A stretch of DNA of 64,000 nt from Sphyrna mokarran (taxonomy: Eukaryota), in the NCBI GenBank assembly GCA_024679065.1, contig JAGIQG010000015.1, positions 38,812,001 to 38,876,000 on the forward strand, given 5' to 3'. The notes under the pieces were generated by a model. That model did not search any database. It saw only the letters and a list, made by a program, of their open reading frames with translations, and had not been told where the DNA came from. This document shows positions 14,487 through 27,235 of the stretch, one piece after another (the first letter of the stretch is position 1; every line of letters starts with the position of its first letter). The position numbers and the translations under genes are program-made.

Positions 14487-15094
14487 GTTTTGTGCTATTA
14501 TCTTTTTTCTGTATCAAATCTATTGTACAATGTCACTAGGTATACATTTGTATAGTGCTTCATTGTTTCTCATCTCTTCTGTGGATTCTGTATTCCCTAT
14601 ATGTTCTAGCTCAACATACCTTATTTTGGTCTTTCTTGCTCCAATTTCTACTAATCCGACCCTGATTAAAGCCTCTAAATATCCTTCCCTTGAAAGTTTC
14701 AGTAACTGCTTAAATTAAACCCTTTAGTAAGAGGTTTGGCACCATTTTGGTTGAAGTGAAATCCATCCCTTCTGTATGGTTTCCCCGTTTCTCAGATATA
14801 TTCCCAATTTCCAAGACATCAGAAATCTCCTTCTACGCGCCACCCTTCAAGCAACATAGTTCACTTGTGTCAACTGGAAAATGAGATGGAAGCAGCTAGA
14901 ACTAGATACAATCTGAGATTACTGTTTTGGAAATCTTGAACCTCAATCTAGTCCAGCTATTGGAAATGACTGTGTAATTTCCAGTGTAAGCCCAATGGCC
15001 TATGTTCCTTCCACTGCAATTGGGAGGCAATGTAACGTGACTGGGAGTCTCATAACTACAACTACTGAAAACATGCATCTAATTATTGAGAACT

Positions 15095-15325
15095 TTATGA
15101 TAGCCATCTCACTATTGGTGACCATGAAATCATCATCGATTTTTTTAACATCCTGCAGGTTCACCAGTATCCTTTAGGAAAGGAAATCTGCTGTCCTTGC
15201 CTAGTCTCGCAATATGTTTGGCTCTCAACTGCCCTCTGAAAAGGCCTAGCAAGTCATTTAGTTCAACAGCGCTTAAGAAAGGGCAACAAATACCAATGAT
15301 GCCCACATTGCATGAAAGAATAAAT
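15095..15325 (+). mobile_element. Old SINE 3' portion (DeuSINE-like shark family)
   Basis: cctttaggaaaggaaatctgctgtcctt...ggcaacaaat...gcccacat...gaataaa; the tail resembles the minus-strand element at 31865. Confidence 0.5.
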
Positions 15326-16389
15326 TATAATCAACTTCCTCCTTCCTACCTATAGCCCTTTTCTCCTTGGTGTCAGCTTTATCTCCTTTCCCTTTGGGGG
15401 CAGCAAGCCATTTCTTCACCTTGCTTCATTATGAAACACTGATTCTCAGTTTGTATAGTGCATGTCTTAATATGTATGTATTTTGTATGTAAACCTTGCA
15501 ATGTTATATTTGAGAATCGCAGTCCACTGACACATCACACCTTTACTGACCCAGGGTGGTTCATTTGTTTTGCATTTAGCACATGTGCTGTCCATGTGAC
15601 AATGATATCTTCCTGTTCTGGTCCGGTCTGAATATGACTAAATTACATCTTATCAGGCAGGTCCAGGCAGTGTCCATGCTTCCTTTTAGTTAATCTCCTC
15701 AAAAACTTGTAATCTAACAAGTTCAATTCTTTCTGCTGACTCTGTGGACTGGTGTTTTTATATGCTTGTTGGAACTTAGCATTTGTTTCCCCTGTGTCAG
15801 TCAGCATTGTTGTGTGATCACCAATTAACATTTAGCTGCTTGTGTTTAGACTAATATCCAGCAACCACTTACACAATTCTGCAGCTGTAACTGACAGCTA
15901 AGAAATGTAAAAGGGGTACTTATTTTAGACTTGTTACTGAACTCCCTTAAGAAAAACTCTTTTCCCAAGAGACATCAACTGTGGTGCCCTGTGTAAGATG
16001 GAAGGAGGGAATGAAGAATGCTATTTTTCATTCTCCTTACAGGATCATATGAGAATTTGGGGTTAGGGATATGCTGCTGAAATTGAGAGGGGAATGTTTC
16101 AGTGGAGAATGTGAGGAGGTCACATTGAAGGTGTTATGATGTATTATCTTTCTTTTGACCTATTATCATAGTAGAGTGGCTATCCTCTTGGATATTAAGG
16201 AAAGATTTAGCATGTCCACAGTTTACGCAACCAGATTCTAATGAATTCAAAATGCTCGGAAAGTTTGAGGTAGATCTGTGGTAGCAATGCCACAATGACT
16301 TTTGGCTTAAGTGAAGATAAGATTTTCTTTCTGATGATGCAAACTGCTGATATTTGAAAGATAAATTTGACTTGACTCGAATAAAGAGC

Positions 16390-16670
16390 TTGGCTTGCTG
16401 CTTAAAAATAAAAGTCGCCCATTTAAGACCAAGATTGGGAAAATAATTTTCTTTGGGGGTTGAGAGACTTTGGAATTCTCTTCCTCAAAAGCTAGTTGAG
16501 ACACAGTCTTTGAATATCTTTAAAGCAGAAGCAAATAGATCGTGGATAAGCAAAATGGTGAAAGATTAACCAGTGTAGGTAAGAATATGGAGTTGAGATT
16601 AAAATTAGATTAGCTACGATCTTATTGAATAGCGAAACAGGATCGAGTGGCCCACTCCTGCATCCAATTC
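16390..16670 (+). mobile_element. Old CR1 3' fragment
   Basis: ctttggaattctcttcctcaaaa...gaatatctttaaagcaga...gatcttattgaatagcgaaacagg...cccactcctgc, typical of a CR1 ORF2 end plus tail. Confidence 0.65.
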
Positions 16671-17160
16671 ATGTGTACATAGGGTTGTAGTTGTGCTTGG
16701 CGCTGATGCGTGCTAAGAGTGATGACCACTGATTAAGGTATGCCAAGGTTACTTGTAGGGAGTCATAGAATCATACAGCACAAGAGGCGACATCAGGGGA
16801 TATATTCCATGTAAGTTGCACAGTGGTGTAGCAATTGGAAAATTGTCTCATAGTGCACAAGTCACTTCCTTTAAGTTTTTAAAAAATTAAAGAAATTACA
16901 CAATTAAATCAGCTGTGCACTCCAAAATAAAACTTAAGGGAATATTGCCAGAGGCTCTTATATCTCAAACTTTTTCACAAATTAGTATTGTATGTTAAAC
17001 TGATGTACTTTCTATCTCATCAATGCAAGCTTAAATTTTTTTTGGTAAGTAATAATCATAGTATGTAAGATTTAGCATAATATCTCTCTCCTATGAATAA
17101 AAATCAGAATTCTTTAGTTATACTGTGATCATTTTGATTTTTGTTTGCAGGTTGGCCATT

Positions 17161-19362
17161 ATGCACCTTAAGCCATACCCAAAGCTTCAAAAGAAAGATG
17201 CATCTCTTGAATCAAGCCAAGAGGCACTTGGAGAGCTTTGCTCCAGCCAGCATGCAACTGTAAGAGTTGAAAGATGCCAATCCACCTATAATAATCAGTC
17301 ATGCTGTAAAGCTATTACAGTTAGTACAGTGGCATCTCACATCAGCTTATGGTGTCCAAGACCTTTTGGTTTCATTTCTCAAAATAAAATGTGCAATATG
17401 AAGAATCCAACTGATAATCTCGCCTTTAAGGGAAGAAAGAAACATGTGTCTGAAAATATTCTGCCTCCTTCTATTCACCAGGAAGAAGGGGAGGCACCGC
17501 TGGATATCTGGGCAGTCATAAAACCTGGTAACACAAAGGAGAAAATCGCCTTCTTTGCAGCACATCAGTGCAATAATAGGACTGGTTCCATGAAAATAAA
17601 AAGCAGCTGGGATACTGAAGTCACAACTGCTAAACGCAGAAAGAAATCTGCTGATCTAGAGAGAGTAAAAATTCAACCAATGAGAATAAAAGATAATGTG
17701 AAGGATGTTGACAGAAGGTGTTTACATGCTGATCCCCCAACAACCAGTAACAGTGAGGAGAATTCATCTGTCAATAATGAGAAACAAAATGGTGATGGAT
17801 TATGTCATAGTAGCTCCCTTTCTGTGGCAGAAATGGTGGCTTTTCTAGAACAAAGGGCAAATTCACTGCTCCCAGACTGTAGCAAAACATTTACAAATGC
17901 CAATGCTAACATATCAGGTATTGTGCATTCAAAGGGAGGGCCCCCATTACCTGAAGCCATTTCTGCTACAGGACCTGAGTTTGGTTTAAGTCACAAAAAG
18001 TCCATTGAAAATAAACTACAGGGTGAGTATGTTCGTGTTATAGAAGTTATAGCAAAGCTTGAATCAGAGTGCTTGAAAAATCAGCATGACAGAAATGGAG
18101 ACAGTTTATCCAGGAATAATAGTTTTCGGAGAGGGGTGGGGAGGGTTTTGCTGACTAGTCCGCACCAATCAGAACAAAGCACCAGGAGTGTGGAGGGCAT
18201 TGCAACATCCATGGGCGTATCCAAAACAGCCGACAATAGTGGGGACAACGGACAATACAACCATATAAGCACAAGCTGTACTAAACCATGCACTGAATCA
18301 CAGGAGGATGCTACATGTGATCCATCTCTAACTATTAACCTTTCAGGTAATGAGTCTTCATTAACCTGCAAAGCAGCAACATCATTGTCAAACAGTATCA
18401 GAGATGTTTTCAGCAGTGATGTTGGGATGCCGGTGGAGTCCTGTATTACCCCATCTGTATGTTGGGAAACAGACAATAAGTTTGTATCAAACTTTACTTT
18501 ACCAGGGAATGGTAAGCGCGAGTATGCAAATAATTTTACTATTGATAAGGAGCTGATGTCTTGTATGGTGGATGGGAATCTGGTTAATAGAGTAAATGGA
18601 GTAACAGAATGTACACCAGTAACTAGATCTAATCAGGAAGACTCTAATCCTAGTGAGGAACCACTTCCTGGAGAATTATTTTTCACACTTGAACAGTCCC
18701 ATATGGAAAACTTGGATTCAAATGAAAATACTACTGAGGAACTCCAGGATGTTGCACAATTCAAGGATGACTTAGTGACTGCTAAAAGCAAAACATTTGA
18801 CACAAGTTGCTTAGAAGCAAATCAGGACAATTCTCTTCTATCTTTCAAAACCACATGCCCTTCACTAACTGAGCTCTTTCCTCTAAGGAGACAGGTATCT
18901 CATGAATTCTTAGAAACACGCTTCAAAATTCAACAGCTTCTTGAGCCTCGGCAATACATGGCCTTTTTACCGCACCATATTATGGTGAAGATTTTCATGT
19001 TCCTCCCTACCAAAACCCTAGCTGCTCTGAAATGCACGTGCCATTATTTCAAGTTCATTATAGAAAACTATGACATTAGAGCAACAGATTCACGCTGGGT
19101 TTGTGACCCACGATACAAAGATGATCCATGTAAGCAGTGCAAAAAGCATTACTCAAAAGGGGATGTGTCACCATGTCGATGGCACTCAAAACCCTATTAC
19201 AAAGTTTTACCCTATGGGCGCTCATACTGGATGTGCTGTTGGCAGACGGAAAAAGATTCACTGGGCTGTAAAATTGGGCTTCATGATAATAACTGGGTGC
19301 AGTCTTCTAATCACATCCAACAAATATGTGAAAAAGCAAAGAAGAATGGAGAAGGAATGTAA
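17161..19362 (+). CDS. FBXO34: F-box only protein 34, single coding exon (733 aa)
   Basis: Starts MHLKPY..KLQKK; conserved blocks PLDIWAVIKPGNTKEKIAFFA, GSMKIKSSWD, MVAFLEQRA, LSRNNSFRR, FLETRFKIQQLLEP; F-box LPHHIMVKIF..LPTKTL; Cys/His C-terminus. Acceptor tttttgtttgcag ends at 17150, so the exon starts at 17151 and the ATG is at 17161. The ORF-track start at 17125 is intronic. Confidence 0.96.
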   Translation: MHLKPYPKLQKKDASLESSQEALGELCSSQHATVRVERCQSTYNNQSCCKAITVSTVASHISLWCPRPFGFISQNKMCNMKNPTDNLAFKGRKKHVSENILPPSIHQEEGEAPLDIWAVIKPGNTKEKIAFFAAHQCNNRTGSMKIKSSWDTEVTTAKRRKKSADLERVKIQPMRIKDNVKDVDRRCLHADPPTTSNSEENSSVNNEKQNGDGLCHSSSLSVAEMVAFLEQRANSLLPDCSKTFTNANANISGIVHSKGGPPLPEAISATGPEFGLSHKKSIENKLQGEYVRVIEVIAKLESECLKNQHDRNGDSLSRNNSFRRGVGRVLLTSPHQSEQSTRSVEGIATSMGVSKTADNSGDNGQYNHISTSCTKPCTESQEDATCDPSLTINLSGNESSLTCKAATSLSNSIRDVFSSDVGMPVESCITPSVCWETDNKFVSNFTLPGNGKREYANNFTIDKELMSCMVDGNLVNRVNGVTECTPVTRSNQEDSNPSEEPLPGELFFTLEQSHMENLDSNENTTEELQDVAQFKDDLVTAKSKTFDTSCLEANQDNSLLSFKTTCPSLTELFPLRRQVSHEFLETRFKIQQLLEPRQYMAFLPHHIMVKIFMFLPTKTLAALKCTCHYFKFIIENYDIRATDSRWVCDPRYKDDPCKQCKKHYSKGDVSPCRWHSKPYYKVLPYGRSYWMCCWQTEKDSLGCKIGLHDNNWVQSSNHIQQICEKAKKNGEGM

Positions 19363-21848
19363 CTTTTTTTTAGAAAACAAATGGTGGATTTGGTTTCGCC
19401 TGACTAGAGATTTAAGGAAAGTCCTAATGGATGATCTGCTTCCTGTAGAAATTGGAATATTTTGTCAGTCCTGCACTGTTTACATTGTACAGTATGATCA
19501 TATTGGCTTATATGAATCTGCATGTACAGAACTGCAGCAGCTGTTAACTGTGCAAGAAGTACAGTATTTGCTCTATCATGTGTTTGATCAATGATAGTAT
19601 TGTACTGTTAATGTAGCTGGCACAGCAACAAACCACTACAATGCAGCTATGTCAGTGTTGCAGTTAATCTGTTTTAAATTTTGGTCTTTCTTTTGAATAG
19701 TTTGTATATTCTACCTAAAATTATATTTAAGTGAAAATGCAAAACATTGGCGTGGGAATGAACTCAACACATCTTAATAAAATTGGTCATCTACAACATA
19801 CTTAGAATTATGATAGTCAAGTGTTGCTATATGACGTTGGGGCAAATACATGGAAAAAATGTTATTTTGGCATTGCAAAATTGCAGGTTATGCAAGATTT
19901 AAAATGGCTTTTTCATCAGTAATATTGCTTAGATTTTCTGTTCTAATTTCCATATGAGTGCTTTCAAATGATGAATTGCAGTGATTTCTGGGAGTCTTTT
20001 TCTGGTCTTAAAAGGAAATTAAGTGCAAGTTTTTTTTGCTATTTACAAATCTCATTCAGATAATTATAAAATGTAAAGCTGTTCACCAAGTGCTTTCAAC
20101 AGGTAAAGATAACCTGCACAGTGCAAAATATGATTTTTATTCCTCACTTGATATCGAGTCATGCATCCTTTGGTTTCTGAAAGCACTTTGTATATATTTT
20201 GCTATTTAGTCAATAAATGAACACATCTATTTTAAACTAAGGTCAGAACTGTTGATGCTGCAAGTGGTGAGTTATATAAATCCTTGTGTAAAGCAGTAAT
20301 TTTAGTGAGGTAGGTGTTTTAGTAAGATTAACCAGTTATTGTGTTGAAACAAGATATAACCCTATCAAAAACAGTCATTATACCATGTCCTAATCTAACT
20401 GATATCAGGTTGTCATATTTAAAATCTTGTTTATTGATGAGCAATAAAAATCTATTTTTAAACAGAACCTTCTACAAAATTGAAGCCATAGATTTCATTT
20501 TGGCATCATAATGTAGAGAAAAGAAACCTCATCCTCAAAACATAAGAGGAGGTCATGTTTAAATCTAAGCAACATATTAAACTGCCATGATTTAATAATA
20601 ATCACTTCAGCCCCTATGGTTTTATATTTTGAGTTTCAGTCAAAAGCTCTATTCCAGCTTGATTTAAAAATTTATTCATTTTTAATTTTCCTCCTCCTTC
20701 CTTTCCTTATCTCAGAAAAATGGGAAGCAATATAAAAGAATCTCTTTGACACACTGTGAATCAGAGGTGAACATTTTCATGTGTTGGTGAATGAGTATAT
20801 GTGTGTACATATATTTTTAAAATCTGGCTTCTAAGGTTTCTTGAGAAAGAAACAACTAACAAAATTCATCTCAGTTCATATCTCTGTGTGAGTAGTTGTT
20901 TAGTTTCTCAACTCTGGAGATCAATGTTATTTTTAATATTGTACTTTTCTCCTACATCAAATGTTCAGCATTGTGGAAGTGGTGAACATAAGGATAGGAC
21001 AGGGAATGCTGGAAATATTCAGCAAGTTGGGCAGTATTTGTGGAGAGAGGAAGGTAGAGTTCAACTGAAAGTTCATTTTTTCAGGTTGATGACCTGTCTT
21101 CTTTCTCCGTGGATGCTGCCTCACTTGCTGAGTGTTCACAGCACTTTGTTCATTTTTTTTCAGATTTCCAGCAACTGCAGTATTTTGTTTAGAGCTCAGA
21201 TATTGTGCCTGCTTACCCCATTTCAAGAATACCACCTCTTTTCAAAGATCACCATCTCTTAACACTCCAAAACTAGGTTGTAAGAGTACTGATGGATATG
21301 TTTATTTTTCTAAATAAATTTTTTAAAGCACTTTTACTGCCTTTGTGAGCTTGGGATACATGATTTGATTGCATTTTTAAACTTGTGTTCCCAATTGGAG
21401 TCAGAATTAGAATTTATTTTTTACATTGGTGCTGTCCTGTAAATGTGCATTACTTTGAATTTTATAAAGGTAGAAAAGTATTCCCATGAAATGCAATAAA
21501 TCTGGCACACAGGTTTTTATTTAGTTTTTGAATACCAATGCACTTAACATTTTCAGATGGTGCCTAAAAATGTTTGCCTGTTTGTTTGCTACTGACTCCT
21601 CAATTCTGCATAACCTGTAACTCTTTGCTTTCAGAATGTATTTTGCCCCAACCAAACTTCTTTGCTGCTTGCTCCAGAAAGACTTTCACTTGAGTGTTCA
21701 ACGTTGCAAGCATCTCTATATACATTTCAGCAGTTTACACAATTGTACAGCTGCTGTTTCTGTGGGTCATGTACATTAACTTGCAATTTTCTATAAGCTT
21801 TATTCAAGTTGTAACATGAATAAAATGGGACATTAATAAAAAAAAAAA
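19363..21848 (+). other. FBXO34: Probable FBXO34 3' UTR with candidate poly(A) signals
   Basis: AT-rich, almost transposon-free stretch after the stop; AATAAA at 21819 and 21835 (others near 20212, 20443, 21495). The true end cannot be determined from DNA alone. Confidence 0.4.
20997..21190. mobile_element. Decayed palindromic Penelope-derived non-autonomous element
   Basis: Left arm tgctggaaatattcagcaagttgggcagtatttgtggagagag is the inverse of right arm ctttctccgtggatgctgcctcacttgctgagtgttcacagca; a relative lies at 56480..56640. Confidence 0.65.
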
Positions 21849-22130
21849 GTACTGGTTGTAAATGTTTGGTACCTAATAGAAATTTGTTTATAAGCCCATT
21901 TCTGGATTAGAACTTAGTCTTTACTGTAAACATTAATCGGTATGTTGGAAGCTGTATCAGACTCCAAGTATTTCATTTGTTAATAAAGCCAAATTTGGAT
22001 TGATAATTTAATCAACTTTTCACTACAGAAGTGACTTGATTTTGGTTTTTGGCTATAGTTTTTATATAGAAGCCTCATTGTCCAGAATTAGCTTTTGGGC
22101 AATAATTATGAGCCACCTGTCACATGTTTT

Positions 22131-22234
22131 TGTGTCTGTGTGCGTGTGTCTGTGTGCGTGTGTCTGTGTGCGTGTGTCTGTGTGCGTGTGTCTGTGTGCG
22201 TGTGTCTGTGTGCGTGTGTCTGTGTGCGTGTGTC
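22131..22234. repeat. Perfect minisatellite (TGTGTCTGTGTGCG) x7 plus partial unit
   Basis: 14-bp unit read directly. Confidence 0.97.
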
Positions 22235-23411
22235 CTCCAGCAATATTGTTGCCTTTTTGTGTTTTTAAGGTGAAAATGTTCTCTGAATTATGTGAAGTAC
22301 TTAATGATGGTCGAGTGGCTGTCAGTGTTGAGTTGGTGGATGACTGCACCACTTAATGTAGCATTAAATCATATGGACCAGTAAGATCCCGGATTTGTGC
22401 TGTTAATTCTGTGCTTGGAGGGATGGGTGGAAGGGGAGAAACGGTACTGCAGTTCACTTTGAATTTGTAAGGTGGAGTGGGTGGTAAGAGAAAAAAGCAT
22501 GTGTTTAGCCATTAAGTAAAAACAACCTTATGGTAAAATGGTCAATGGTCAATGTTAAATGGAAGAATGGTTGGTATGTGTAGGAGATACCTGTGGAACA
22601 ATGACCCAATATGCTTTGGACCCTTTTGGGAAGGGCTGGAGCAAATGCATTACCCATTTTGCAATGAGTTTATTTACTTGGTAATTACTACTGACTGAAG
22701 CAGAAAATATCATTTTCTGCTTCAGTTTTGCAATATATAACCTTTAGTGAATAATTAGATTTGATATTCTTACCACCATGCATACTTCCTCAGTTAAATG
22801 CTTTTTGCCATTGTTTTTCCAGTCTGATCAATTGCAATTACTATTCTCCAACATTTAATAAAAAATGAAGTCTTGTGTATTTAAAAGTAACTGCATTGAA
22901 TCTGGGATTCTACTGCATAATTCAATGCATTGCCTAAAAAAAGTTTACATTTGGAAAACTTAGGTTTCTCAAAGGCCTTCTGAAATATAGCCAAAAACCA
23001 ATTGGAGTCTTGCCACCAAGGGTTTGGCGGAAAAAAGGGAAATTACTAGAGCCTCTAATTTGTTCTTTGTTCTAATTAAATGGAGTGACTGAACACAAAA
23101 GTTTTCACTGATCTGGGAAAGCCATCATGGATTTGTAAAAGGTAGATGAATCTTTTGAAAAGACGACTGAAGTAGTGGATAAAGTGTTTATCTATATGGA
23201 GTTCCAGAGGGCTTTTTTGATAACATCCCTCATAATTAATTATCAGTAAAAGTTGAAGGTCATGAATTGAAGGAAGATTATTGACCTGGTCACAAATTGG
23301 CTCAACAGGAGGAGACTGAGTGTAAGGCAGACACTCAGTTGGCAGAATGTGATTAATGCTATTGCATGTAGATGTATTAGGGCCCTAACCATTTGCTATC
23401 TTTAATGACAC

Positions 23412-25395
23412 GAAAACATGGGAGCAAGAGTAGGCCATTTGGCCCTTTGAGCCTGTTCCACCATTCAATCTGATCATGGCTGATCCTCTATCTCAACGCC
23501 ATAATCCTACATGACACTGAGTTTAGAAATCTATCTAGTTCCTTCTTAAATATATTGGCTTCCACAGGTTTACTACTGAGTAAAGGTGTTTCTCCTCCTC
23601 TAAGTTCTAAATGGCCTTCCCTTATCCTCAGACTGAGATCTCTTGTAGGACTCCCTGCCCTCAGCCAGAGAAAATGGTATCCAGTCTGTCCAAACTTGTC
23701 AGAATTTTGATGTGTTTCAATTAGATTCCCTCATTCATTCATTTATATTCCAGTTGTAGTTAACCTAATCTCTCCTCCTATAACAGCCTTGATATCCCAA
23801 GAATCAGTGTGGTGAACTTTCGATATATCTTCTATGATATACGTCCTTTTCACATCCGTAGAATAAAGAGATCAAAACCCCACACAACATTCCACGTGTG
23901 GCCTACCAAAGCAGTGTACAACTGCAGTAAGACATTTTTGCTCCTGCGCTCAAATCATTTGTCTTCCTAACTACTTGCTGTACCTGCATGCTTGCTTTCA
24001 GTGACGGATATACTAGCACACTCAGATTGCTTTTTGTATATCAACATTTCCCAATCTCACCCCTTAAGTTATAGTCTACTATTCTGCTTCTCTGTCTAAA
24101 GTGTATAACTTCACATTTATCCATATATTTGCCCACTCACTCAAATTGTCTAAATCACCTTGAAACCTCTTAACATTCTGGTCACCACTCATTCCCATCA
24201 AGTTGTGTCATTGACAAACTGGGAAATATTACTTTTGATTTCCTGATCCAAATCATTGATGTGAATAAGGGCCCAAGCACTCATCTTAGTGGACCCCCAA
24301 GTCACCTGCTTTGAAAAAGACATTTATTCCCATTCTCTGTTTTATATCCGCTAAACAGTGCTCAATCTATGCTAACATATTATCCCCAATCCTGTGTGCT
24401 TTAATTTTGCATACTAACCCCTTGTGTGGGACTTCATGAAAAGCTTTCTGAAAATCCAAATGCACCATATCCAGTGGTTCTCATGTACCTACTCCACTAG
24501 TTACAACCTGATAAAACTCCAGTAACTATCAAACATATTTGCCTTTCATAAATCCATGTTGACTCTGTCTAATCCTGTTGATATTTTAAGTGTCCTGTCA
24601 TCGTATCTTTTATGATAGACTCTAGTATTCTCCTGCGACTGACTTTAGGCTCACGGATTTATAATTACCTGTTTTCTCTCTCCCACCTTGTTTAAATAAT
24701 GGGGTAATATTTGCTAGCCTTCAATTTGCTAATAATTCCAGAATCCATAGAATTTTGGAAGATGACAACTGACGACAATTTTCATGGCTGCCTCCTTCAG
24801 AAGCCTGGGATGTAGATTATCAAGCCCTGGGGATTTATCAACTTTGGTCGCTTTAATTTCTCCAGCACTTTTTAAAATAATACTCATTTCTTTCAATTTC
24901 TTCTCTTTCAGTTTTTATATTACTTTCAAGTTTAAGTTTACTAGTACTCAATCTCTTGATCCTGCTTTGCTGAAGCAGCTCTGCTTTGGATCTAATGCTA
25001 TAATTTTTGTAAACCATAGTTAGGCTACTTTTGTTATATTTTTGCACCAGGAAGGAATGTATAGTTGTTGCAATACGTACATTAGTTCCATAAATATAAA
25101 CCATTGCCGATCCACCATCATGCCATTTAAAGAAGTTCCCCAAACTATCTTAGCCAACTGATACCTTTGTTTAGATTTAGGATTCTAGCTTCAAATCAGA
25201 CTCCTTCACTTTCCAGTCTAATGAATTTTATCATGTTATGATCACTCTTGCCCTGCACAACAAGATTATTAATTAACCCTTCTCAGTATGTAATACCAAA
25301 TCCTAGGATCACATGTTCCCTGGTTGGTTCCTCGACATAATGGTGTGAAAAAAAAAATCTTGTGCAGAATCCAGCCATCTGTCACAATATTGTTG
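23412..25395 (-). mobile_element. Old CR1 LINE ORF2 + 3' tail
   Basis: Tail ggagcaagagtaggccatttggccc at 23420; minus-strand decayed KSPGLDNLHPRLLKE, QHGFMKG and LDFQKAF motifs. Confidence 0.75.
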
Positions 25396-25989
25396 CTGGT
25401 TTGAAAGTCTTGGATGAAAGGATAAAGCCATATGTCCAAATTGCTGATGACAAAACAGTTACTTTATAAGGATTATAAATGGAAGTCAAAATCACATATT
25501 AATAGATTAAATGAATAGAATAAATGGTGCAAGATCATTTACTGTGTCCTAAAAATATACTTTTTAAATAAGTTACAAACAATATAAGTCCAGAACAGGT
25601 ACAGAAAATCAAACATGCTAATGAAATGGCTTTTATACCCAAGGGACAACTATAGAAAGCCTTAGTTAGATCACACTTGGAATACAGTGAGCGATTCTAA
25701 GTGCCACATATTAGGATATATTGGCCTGGGAGGAATGTAGTGTAGATTTAGCTGGATGCCAAAGATTAAATGAAGAGGAGAGATTATAAAGATGCGTGTT
25801 ATATTTCCTGAAATTTAAGAGGCTAGTGCGTGATTTAATTGAATGTTTCAAGACATTGAAGGGAAAGTGATTGAGTTAATGGGGAGGAAATTAAGTGGGG
25901 AATTAATCTAAATTAGAATCAGATTTTTCAGGAGAAACACCTCTAAATACAAGATGATAGAAGTTTGGAACTCTTCTGCAACATGTCTC

Positions 25990-26545
25990 AAATAATCTGT
26001 CCTGGTCCCCCAAGCTGACATAATTAAGAAAACCTACCAACACCTCTCTCAAGACTGAAGAGATTTGGCATGTCAGCTATGATTCTCACCAACTTTTACA
26101 GATGCACCATAGAAAGCATTCTTTGTGGTTGTATCACAGTTTAAGGCTCCTGCTCTGCCCAAGCCCTCAAGGAACTACTGAATGTAGCCCAGTCCATCAG
26201 GCAAACCAGCCTCCCATCAGTTGATTCCGTCTCCGCTTCTTGCCGCTTGGACAAAGCAGCTAGCATAATTAAGGACCCCATGCATCCCTGACATTCTGTT
26301 TTCCACTTTCTTCCATTAGAAAGAAAGCCAAAAATCTGAGGTCATGTACCAATTTACTCAAGAATAGCTTCTTCCCTACTGTTCAGATTTTTAAATGGAT
26401 TTGTCTTGCATTAAGTTGATCTTTCTCTACACCCTAGCTACAACTGTAACACTACATTCTGCATTCTCTTGTTTCCTTCTCTAAATGGTATGATTAGTTT
26501 GTATGCGTAAAGAAATAATATTTTTCACTTAATGCGTGACAATAG
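25990..26545 (+). mobile_element. Rex1/Babar-clade LINE 3' fragment
   Basis: Translates as decayed KK..QHL..RLKRFGMS.MILTNFYRCTIESIL.GCIT, characteristic of the Rex1-type ORF end. Confidence 0.7.
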
Positions 26546-27235
26546 TCAAATTGTTAATTTTAAAATCAAAGGTTATCGAATTTAAGGCCTGGGTTTAGAA
26601 AAAGACGTGTGTCAAGTTGGAGAGCAACTCCAATTGAATCGTGCAACAGGCTTGAAGAGCTAAATGGCCGTCTCCTGTTCTTACAATTAAATTGGAGCAA
26701 GAGTAGACGGCCACTGAAGGTCAGAGGCAGCTGGGGTGGGCGTTGGAGTTAAAAGCGAGGAGAGATGAAGGCTGATCATTAAGATTAGAACATCTTGAGT
26801 TGAGAGTAGGTGTGATGGGGAATGACTTTTGGGGAAATAATTGAATTTTTAAGTTAAACATTGAATTATTGTATTCCCATGAGCTGAAATCGGACAAGAT
26901 ATTTGCAAATTTACAGAGCCAGGTAGAGTGGAAGACTTGGATCCCTATTGCAGTGGTTCTCAAACCACAGTCAGTCGAGACCATGAAATAATTTGCTCAG
27001 CACAGTTGGCCTAACATGTGGGCGACTTCCCTGGGTCTCACCATCAGGAATTGAAAGTCATCTTGTTGTATGTAACTGTTTGCTTAACAGGCTGCCTCTT
27101 TTGATTGAAAACCTGTATGGAGTAGTACAGCAAATGTTAACTATGCAACCCTTTTTCATTGTTTTTCTTTACAGTATGATTAAATTGTACATTATGGTTT
27201 AGTACCGCGCTAAACTAAAATGAACAAAGAACAAA

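Larger units (their letters stand above)
23080..26690 (+). mobile_element. Ancient CR1 RT/3' remnant interrupted by two other LINEs
   Basis: Plus-strand pieces at 23080..23410, 25400..25985 and 26550..26690 show decayed GKS, YMEFQRAF, SKxADD, LVRSHLEY motifs and a CR1 tail. Confidence 0.55.

Noticed and set aside
17125-17160. ORF-track N-terminal extension MIILIFVCRLAI of FBXO34
   Set aside because: Non-ATG start inside the intron's polypyrimidine tract; homology begins at MHLKPY.
22036-22356. Cys/Val- and His/Thr-rich ORFs
   Set aside because: Translation of the 14-bp TG-rich minisatellite.
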